A stretch of 16,795 nucleotides of DNA from Octopus sinensis. Taxonomy: Eukaryota. The stretch lies in contig NW_021824884.1 of assembly GCF_006345805.1 (NCBI RefSeq), positions 1 to 16,795 on the forward strand, read 5' to 3'. The notes under the pieces were generated by a model. The model saw nothing but the letters and a program-made list of their open reading frames with translations, was not told the DNA's origin and did no database searches. The first letter of the stretch is position 1. Each line of letters starts with the position of its first letter. Shown here piece after piece: positions 9,432 through 16,795 of the stretch. The position numbers and the translations under genes were made by a program.

Positions 9432-9490
9432 TATGAAATTCAGCTAAACACTTTGCCCGATGGGCTAACATTTCCGCGTCAGCTTGTCGC
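9432..9490 (-). mobile_element. tRNA-head fragment of the 8657-8834 SINE family (probable 5' part of copy B)
   Basis: TGAAATTCAGCTAAACACTTTGCCCGATGGGCTAACATTTCCGCGTCAGCT aligns to ~8786-8834 CGAAATCCCATTAAGCATTTCGTCTGGTGTGCTAACGATCTTGCCACCTC. Confidence 0.6.
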
Positions 9491-9813
9491 ATTTGACAAC
9501 GTAATAATTCAGACACTGAAGATAATTAATTTGGGAAATTTAACAATATTGTTATTTACAGCCTGTTTAAAATGAATATTGCATTAGGACATGAAGCATA
9601 CAGAAACGCAAGGTGAAACCAAAAGAAACGAAACAAATATCAAGTATAACTACCTGAAGTGTTGAGCTTTTTCACTCTTTATTAAAATCAATAACTGCGA
9701 AATAATACTAGCAAATATACCATCGAGACTACACACGCACACTCTCAATAGTATGCTCATACACACACACTCACAGACACACACAGACACACACACAAAC
9801 ACACACACACATA

Positions 9814-10355
9814 TCTATCATATAAAATCCGCTCTGTCTGTGTGTGTGCGTCTTCTAGGATCTCGGGCATCCTCAATCCGATTGCGCTCAAATTTGGTAT
9901 GTAGATACCAACGGTATCAGGGCGTGTATAAGTTTTGAAAAAATTACAAAAATCGATTCCAAGTGAGAATGCCATCGATAAAGTCGTGGGAACGTGCATT
10001 TGTACACGCAAGTACATCAGGTGTTGCGATCGATACTACACGTACGCGAGAAAAATGCACGTGCAATTTACGTTAAAAAAGCCGGCTGGCTTGAAATAAT
10101 GCCACGAAATGCAGCATATTTAAGACACCAAAAAAGTAAGATGCAAAAGAGATATTTTCTTCAAACTTGGCATGAAGGAAGGAAAGACTATTTGGTTTCT
10201 CAAGAAGTTTTTGCCTTAATTCCGTTTAACAAAACCAAAAATTTTATTGAAATAAAGGCATGCTTAATTAATTTTTAATTATAGAAAACACTGATTACTT
10301 TTTATTCAACATATATGATTCAGCACCGTCCATTGGACGGAGGGCGTTTTGCTAG
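9814..10355 (+). mobile_element. Complete non-autonomous Helitron (542 bp)
   Basis: 5' TC (TCTATCATATAAAATCCGCTCTGTCTGTG) after A9813. 3' hairpin CCGTCC-ATT-GGACGG (10326-10340) lies 11 nt before the terminal CTAG (10352-10355), which is followed by T. Inserted in an A|T site with no TSD. Confidence 0.85.
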
Positions 10356-10577
10356 TATTAATATATATTTACATACACACTTTCTTAGCACACATATATA
10401 CACAACGTAAATAAGGCTGGAACACTCATTGCCATACACACATAATCGCATTGCCTCATTATCACATATATTTAAAAGGTGCATGTATATATTGATTTAG
10501 GTGAAAATATAAATACTTAGAACAGACGATCATACCAACATACACACATATGCATTGATTTATTCATTTTTTTAAAC

Positions 10578-10776
10578 TTTCTTATTCAACTTGTTTAGTC
10601 ATTTGACTGCGGACATGCTGGAGCACCGCCTTTAGTCGAACAAATCGACCCCAGGACTTATTCTTACGGAGATGTAAACACACCAGCATCGGGTGTCAAG
10701 CGATGGTGGGGGGACACACCACACGGACACACGAATTCATATATATATATGAGTATATACATATGAATATATATAT

Positions 10777-10807
<31 letters not shown>

Positions 10808-10809
10808 TA

Positions 10810-10841
<32 letters not shown>

Positions 10842-10997
10842 ACGGGCTTCAACAATTTCTGTCGACCAAATCTACTCTCATGATTTTGGTCGGCCCGAGC
10901 CTATACTAGAATACACTTGCCCAAGGTGTCACGCAGTGGGACTGAACCCGGAAACATGTGGTTGGAAAGCAAGCTCCTTAACACACAGCCACGCCTG
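10578..10997 (-). mobile_element. Near full-length tRNA/CORE-like SINE (resembles octopus OR/OK-type) with internal microsatellite
   Basis: Minus strand: TGGCTGTGTGTTAAG (A-box-like), GGGTTCAGTCCC (B box, 10949-10938), CORE-like GACACCTTGGGCAAGTGT (10930-10913), internal (TA)/(TG) tract, and a LINE-like tail at 10630-10607. Confidence 0.9.
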
Positions 10998-11112
10998 CGA
11001 TTATACATATGTGTGTGGTGTGTGTGTGTATCTATATGTATACATATACGTCAATATATATATTTTCTTATATATGCGCACAAAAGAATGTATATATGGG
11101 CATCTGTGTATG

Positions 11113-11394
11113 ATATGGTTTAGTGGTGAGAGTGTTGTATTCACGATTGCTAGATCTTGGTTTCGATTCCCAGAGCGGACGTTGCGTTCTGTTGTTGAGC
11201 AAAACACTTCACTCCGTGTTGCTCTGCGATCCTTTCGTCATGTTACATGTGGCACGTCATGTAGCATGTCGATCTGATGGCAGGATCGAGCTTCTGTGAA
11301 CACAAATGTTTGATCACTATAAAGAAATCTGCTGTGTGGTTGTTCGACAAGAAATTGCCGAACGATCATACGTCGTGTAACGACGGAGGAGTCC
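11113..11394 (+). mobile_element. Diverged tRNA/CORE-like SINE
   Basis: A box TGGTTTAGTGG 11116-11126, B box GGTTTCGATTCC 11159-11170, GTTGTTGAGCAAAACACTTCAC, and terminal stem-loop CGTCGT-GTA-ACGACG 11371-11385. Related to 15170-15475. Confidence 0.75.
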
Positions 11395-11812
11395 GTATGT
11401 GTGTGTATATATGTGTGCGTGTTTGTGTATATATATCTGTGTGTGTGTGTGTGTGGTGTGTGTGTGTGTGTGTGTGCTGATATATGTGTTGTTGGGGGAA
11501 AACACTAAAAATATTCAGATACAATGGATGTCACAGATACAGAGATATACATTGGCGTTGATATTTGAATGTATTCATATCTGATGTATGTATATAAATG
11601 TGTGCGTGTGTATACGAGTATGTGTGCGTACGTGTGTGTACATTTACATACATATACATACATACATGAATATATATATATAGAGAGAGAGATAGATATG
11701 TGTGTGTGTGTATGTGTATGCATGTATGTATGTTTCTGCACACATATATACAAATGCGTACAAACATTATATTATATGAATGTGTGTGTGTGTGTGTGCG
11801 TGTGCGTGTGCA
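11395..11812. repeat. Compound (TG)/(TA)/(GA) microsatellite field
   Basis: Read directly. Confidence 0.9.
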
Positions 11813-12045
11813 AAAGCTGAGCATCTAGAAGACGCAGCACATAAAATACCTTGCCGAAGCTATAAATCGATTGTCAGCATCAGTTCCTTTGGGACTTTTA
11901 TTATAGACATCATGGAGGTGCTGAAGAGAAAGAAGAAGCGAGAATGAATGGGAAACAGCGATGACGAGAAAGGTCAATGATGGCAAAGTTGGTGAAGCAA
12001 GAAATAATGTACAAATGTAAGAAACATTCAATGCAACAGTAGCGC

Positions 12046-12081
<36 letters not shown>

Positions 12082-12089
12082 TATCATCA

Positions 12090-12126
<37 letters not shown>

Positions 12127-12176
12127 TACTACTACTACTACTACTACTAGTTGTAGTAGTAGTAGTAGTAGTAGTA
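12046..12176. repeat. Compound trinucleotide repeat (CAT)n-(TAT)n-(TAC)8-TAGTT-(GTA)8
   Basis: Read directly; explains the poly-T/S/N/D ORF 11825-12307. Confidence 0.95.
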
Positions 12177-12426
12177 CATTGACACATGCATGTATTCTCA
12201 TCGTAAATATATATGAAAGTGTATTTTGATACATACATGTGGTTAATGGGCAAAAAAATACGACCAGCCCCAAATGTAACAATATACATACATATAATAT
12301 AATACAATATAATACAATATTATATAATATATATATATATATATATATTAAATCTGGTGTAACACATTTGCTTGACTTTCAGAGCCAAGTGATTACAAAA
12401 AAGCATACACTCGTATTGCCAAATCG

Positions 12427-12427
<1 letters not shown>

Positions 12428-12504
<77 letters not shown>

Positions 12505-12505
12505 A

Positions 12506-12554
<49 letters not shown>

Positions 12555-12556
12555 TA
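12428..12556. repeat. (TATC)n-(CT)n-(TA)n microsatellite
   Basis: Read directly. Confidence 0.95.
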
Positions 12557-12714
12557 GATATTCAACATTTCATCTGTTTAATAACACAATCAATACTTCA
12601 CTTCATTTTACTATATATATACTACTTATACTATATATTCTATATTTACATTAATATAAAGAATATAATAAAACATAAAAAAACAGACAGAGTTGGAATT
12701 TCTTTGAATAATAT

Positions 12715-12732
12715 GTTATATATGTATGCATG

Positions 12733-12774
<42 letters not shown>

Positions 12775-12925
12775 TATATATACATATGTATATATGTGTG
12801 TGTATGTATGTATGTGTATATATATATACATATATATATATGCATGTATATATATATATACATATATATATATGTATGTATATAGGTATGTACATGTGCG
12901 TGTGTGTGTCTGTTTGTGCGTATGT
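12715..12925. repeat. (TA)/(TG)/(TATG) microsatellite field
   Basis: Read directly. Confidence 0.9.
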
Positions 12926-13609
12926 GCATCAGTGCACCTGCACCACTGCCACCATTTATGGTGGCAGCAATCCTGTTATCCAATGCTACTTCGTTAAACT
13001 TTATGTGCCCCCATTTCCTTGAGACAATTGCTGAATGAATCCACTTCAGCTATTATCCTTTGGCCTTCCTTAACTACAACGTATTTCCGGAAATTGGATT
13101 GGGAGAGCAGAGCGTAATGCTATGACGTATTATGTATACGATCACGTAATCTTTTCTCCGTATTTTCCACCAATACAGTGAATATCCGTTACTGATTAGA
13201 AACATTATACTAACTTCAATTAATCTCGAATACTTGTCCGATAGTGCAACACCAGAAAGATCCACAACAGTAGTTTTTTTTTACTGTTTCTATTAATTTT
13301 GCTAAACTTTTGTTTGATGTGTAATGCTATTCAATGTTTGACTCTTATGCGATGTGATAATACGCAAACATGTGTACCTAATGAAAATCTATAATAAAAA
13401 TTACTGAACTTGAAGAAATTAAGAATTCCTACAAATGCTGTAGAATGCAAAGACAATGCAAGTGTAGGGCGTCGTTTCTCTTCCTGATAATAAAGCGACG
13501 AGGGGATTTCTACGAGAACTCGGAGTTCAAAATGAAACAGAATTGAAGAACCTTTCATATTGTTTCCATTTACAGATATATACTTGCGTATATATTTATC
13601 TGATCACAT

Positions 13610-13750
13610 TTCTCTCTTTCTCTCTCTCTCTCCCTCTCTCTCCCTCTCTCTCTCCCTCCCTCTCTCTCTCTCACTCTCTCTCTCTTTCCCTCTGTCTTTA
13701 TCTATCTATCTATCTATCTATTTTTCTCTGTATACATGTACATCTATACA
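13610..13750. repeat. (CT)n-(TATC)n microsatellite
   Basis: Read directly. Confidence 0.9.
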
Positions 13751-13801
13751 TGAACTTACTGTTTAACAAAAGTCATGATGTGTGGCGTTCAGTTACTCAA
13801 G

Positions 13802-14150
13802 AGATGAAAAATGCATTAAATACTAAAAAACAGGTACACGTAGGACAGACACTGGAGGACCCTAATTCTTCATTAGTTATCGACCAAAATACACAGTTTC
13901 ATACCTTCAACGATAAGACTGAGAACGTCGCATATTGCGAAGAATTAGGGCTCGAAAAAACAGACGGTGCAGAGTGAACGTACGAAAGTAAACAAATCTT
14001 GCCGGTGCCGCCGCATTGCGAAGTTCTCAGTCTTATCGTTAAAGGCATGAAACTGTGAATTAGTATTTCGTTCGATAACCGATGAAGAATCAGGGTTCTT
14101 CTGTGCATGTCCTATGTATACGTTTTTTAGTGTTTAATACCTGTTTCATT
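13802..14150. mobile_element. Foldback/MITE-like element with ~135-bp imperfect terminal inverted repeats
   Basis: Left arm ~13802-13939 aligns along its length, with small indels, to the reverse complement of ~14015-14150 (e.g. AACGATAAGACTGAGAAC / GTTCTCAGTCTTATCGTT); ~75-bp spacer. Confidence 0.8.
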
Positions 14151-14332
14151 TATATATATATATATGTGTGTTTGTGTGTATGTATGTATGTATGTATGTA
14201 TGTATGTATGTATGTATGTGTTGTATGCATGTATATATATATATATCTATATATATATATATACGGATGTATGTATATATATGTATATGTACGTATTTAT
14301 GTGTGTGTATGTATATATATTTATGTAAGTAC

Positions 14333-14366
<34 letters not shown>

Positions 14367-14413
14367 ATCTACATGTATATATACATGTATGCATATATCC
14401 ATATATACATGCC

Positions 14414-14453
<40 letters not shown>

Positions 14454-14565
14454 ATATATTATATATATATGTATATATATGTATGTATATATATATTTAT
14501 ATATATGTGTGTATATATATATATTTACATAAACATATACATTTGCACCTACACGCATGTATATG
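14151..14565. repeat. (TATG)/(TA)/(TG) microsatellite field
   Basis: Read directly. Confidence 0.9.
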
Positions 14566-15169
14566 ATTTTGGATCTGTATAAACGGGCATCAAAATATAA
14601 TCGCATGGACCGTGGAGGTGGGTGGGGGATTGGTAGGTTCTTGTTATGAGACGGAAAACAAGTATGAAATTTGTTATCTAAAACCCATTTCGATCCATAA
14701 CAACGTAACTTAAACGAGTTTATCCACGAGTAAATTGCACAACATATTACAATATGCAAAGTATCAAGTGACAAAGTGTCCTTTTCTTTCTTTGTCATAT
14801 AGAAAAAAAAATCATCGCCATAAAAGATAGGACATGACTATTTTATCACGAAAATATGGCATACTTACAAAACAGACTTGCAATGATCAAAGGAATATAT
14901 AGAAGTTGTAATGTGATAAAAGAGAATTGTAAATTTTATTAAAAAAACGTGAAAATAGATTATGCGTCGGTTTTACTTGCATAAAACTATTTTATTAAAT
15001 AAAAACTGCTGCAGCACAAAGGAAGTAGTGCAAGGCTTGGACTAATGAATGATAATATAACTATCATTATAAAGATATTTTATAGGTACAAAGATGTTTG
15101 GTTGAGGAGTTCAATTTGATTATGCGGTGCGTTGTCTTTATTCTACTGTGTGGTTATTTGGGTTATAGT

Positions 15170-15475
15170 GGCAGTGCTTGACTTAGTGGCTAGGGAATTT
15201 GCCTCACGATTATAAAGTCGTGTGTTCGATTCCTGGCAGCGTGTTGTGTTCCTGAGCAAAACAATTTATTTCACGTTGCTCCAGATTCACTGCGCTGGCA
15301 AAAATGAGTTGTAATTCCCGTTCTGTGTTATGCAGAATCTCCCTGAGAACTAAGAACCTGTGAAGGGAATTCGTGTCTGTGCAGTGAATCTCCCTGAGAT
15401 CTTAAATGAAGTGTTGCCGTATCATAAGCAGGCTGTTCCGTAGATCGGATCATCTGGAACCTTCTTCGTCGTAAC
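15170..15475 (+). mobile_element. tRNA/CORE-like SINE
   Basis: A-box-like TGACTTAGTGG 15179-15189, B box GTGTTCGATTCC 15222-15233, CORE-like GTTGTGTTCCTGAGCAAAACAATTTATTTCACGTTGCTCCAG, internal 14-bp direct repeat GAATCTCCCTGAGA (15335, 15386); ends CGTCGTAAC. Confidence 0.8.
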
Positions 15476-15541
15476 ATAGCCTGGGATCGAATCTATATTT
15501 GTGAGTGAAATTAAATAAAATGAAACTAATAAGAAACTCAT

Positions 15542-15826
15542 CAAACTGGGCGCCACTGCGTGGTGCCAAGGACTCCAAATTTGCCATCAAGATGAAGGAC
15601 AAGATACTGTGATAGCCTGGGCTTCCGAGGCCCACAGCTCTTCAATATCCTCCCGAAGAACCTTAGAGACTTGCATGGGGTGGATGCGGATGTCTTTAAG
15701 ATGAAACTGGATTTCTTCTTGTCGGGTATCCCAGATGAACCAACTTCACGGCAGGAGGTGCAGATGAGGGCAGCTGCATCGAACTCTCTCATGCACCAAA
15801 TGGCAGTTGCTAAAAAGCATTCGTGA
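15542..15826 (+). pseudogene. LINE ORF2 C-terminal fragment with one in-frame stop
   Basis: My translation: QTGRHCVVPRTPNLPSR*RTRYCDSLGFRGPQLFNILPKNLRDLHGVDADVFKMKLDFFLSGIPDEPTSRQEVQMRAAASNSLMHQMAVAKKHS*. GP.LFN.LP...FK..LD.FL..PDEP...RAA.SNSL is typical of CR1-group ORF2 ends. Confidence 0.85.
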
Positions 15827-15915
15827 AGTAAAATCATGTAGCAACACCAAATGGCAGTGCCCCAGCATGGCCACAGCTCGTGAGCTGAAACTAGAGAAAA
15901 GAGAAAAGAAGAAAG
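15542..15915 (+). mobile_element. 5'-truncated CR1/L2-group (Crack/Daphne-like) LINE 3' end with UTR and A-rich tail
   Basis: ORF2 C-terminus followed by ~65 nt of UTR and a GAAAA-rich tail. Confidence 0.85.
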
Positions 15916-16021
15916 AAATAGTCTTTGTTCTGGGACAGTAAATCCAAATCTGTAGCTCTGCTTCAGACGATACTCTGCCTCTTTTGATATCTTTCAGAGA
16001 GAACACTCGTTTACAAAGTGA

Positions 16022-16170
16022 GGGCTCGTGACCAAGTGTTTAGATTGTTGAACTCACGATCGCAAAGTCATGGGATCAGGCTGTGGATCCGCTGATGGGT
16101 CAATATCTTCAAGCAAGTCATTTAATTTCACTTTGCTGCAACCTAATCAACTGCAACTGAGTATCAACAT
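16022..16170 (+). mobile_element. Highly decayed tRNA/CORE-like SINE head
   Basis: AGTGTTTAGATTGTTGAACTCACGATCGC...CTTCAAGCAAGTCATTTAATTTCACTTTGCTGCAACC parallels 15185-15290. Confidence 0.5.
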
Positions 16171-16632
16171 TAATTATGGGTTAACTCTACGACAAACCAA
16201 CAGGATGTTCATTAAGACAATAAGGACTGTCCTTAAACGAAACGCTGCCTATCTTACCTGGACAACTGGAACTTCCATTTTAATAAGACTCTTGAAAACA
16301 TTCAGGGCTGGTCTCTAACCTGAAGTGGATTTGATACTGTAACAGATATTTCCTACAGTAATAGATGTTTCCATATGTACGGCATTTCTCCAACCTTTTT
16401 CTTCTATTATAGGATTGGGGTCATGTATAAAGTCCCATATGCTGTCATATTCTTCTAACTAAGCAATGAATAAACTCTGTATTTAAGATGATGGCAAAAT
16501 TCAAGAGCCAACGTGTAACTCTTTAAGATGATAATGATGCCGTTATATCACAATAGCAATGCATTTAGAAGGCATTCATTTTTCATTTTTCGCTTGTTTT
16601 TTGTTCTTCTTTCTCATTCGATTTGTTAACAG

Positions 16633-16662
16633 AGTCTTCTAAGTAGGCAATGGGAACAAAAA
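16633..16662 (+). CDS. Candidate 30-nt exon of an unidentified host gene (SLLSRQWEQK in frame 0, or a UTR exon containing start MGTK)
   Basis: ~45-nt polypyrimidine tract (16576-16620), then TTAACAG|, 30 nt, |GTGAGT. Only frame 0 is open end to end; GCAATGG at 16647-16653 is in good Kozak context. No homology recognised. Confidence 0.3.
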
Positions 16663-16795
16663 GTGAGTAAATAACATCGTAGCAGGCATAGCGTCCGTCC
16701 ACCTAACACTGAAAAGCTTGCTATTAGTCTCAAACTAATATTTGTTGGACACTAGTTCATGTGTGTGTGTATCTGTGTCGGTGTCTGTGCCAATG

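Noticed and set aside
13543-13977. 144-aa ORF with a protein-like C-terminal half
   Set aside because: It begins in a (CT)n tract and the rest lies in the left TIR arm of the foldback element; no recognisable domain.
15450-16006. Minus-strand ORFs 15450-15635, 15541-15837 and 15746-16006
   Set aside because: Antisense shadows of the plus-strand LINE fragment and adjacent SINE.
16330-16462. Minus-strand frame EEYDSIWDFIHDPNPIIEEKGWRNAVHMETSIT
   Set aside because: Protein-like but unrecognised, with weak splice sites.

Overview
AT-rich eukaryotic intronic or intergenic DNA, with roughly half the length in microsatellites [(TA)n, (CA)n, (TACA)n, (GATA)n, trinucleotides]. The SINE repertoire resembles, from recall, that of Octopus/coleoid cephalopods; this is an inference, not a database hit. 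No intact protein-coding gene is supported, and nearly all listed ORFs are microsatellite read-through. Recognisable elements: several tRNA-headed SINEs (some with a CORE-like domain), a Tc1/mariner C-terminal remnant, a complete non-autonomous Helitron, a 5'-truncated CR1/L2-group LINE whose 3' tail is shared with SINEs in the window, a long-TIR foldback element and a near-perfect 58-bp palindrome. The most interesting signals are RNA-level. One is a type I hammerhead ribozyme with an intact catalytic core on the minus strand (771-829). The other is a tRNA-headed SINE (9100-9417) that carries a degenerate Penelope-type hammerhead and is preceded by an inverted copy of its own 3' end, suggesting ribozyme-bearing, possibly Penelope-mobilised, non-autonomous retroelements. 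One candidate 30-nt exon of an unidentified host gene lies at 16633-16662 (+).
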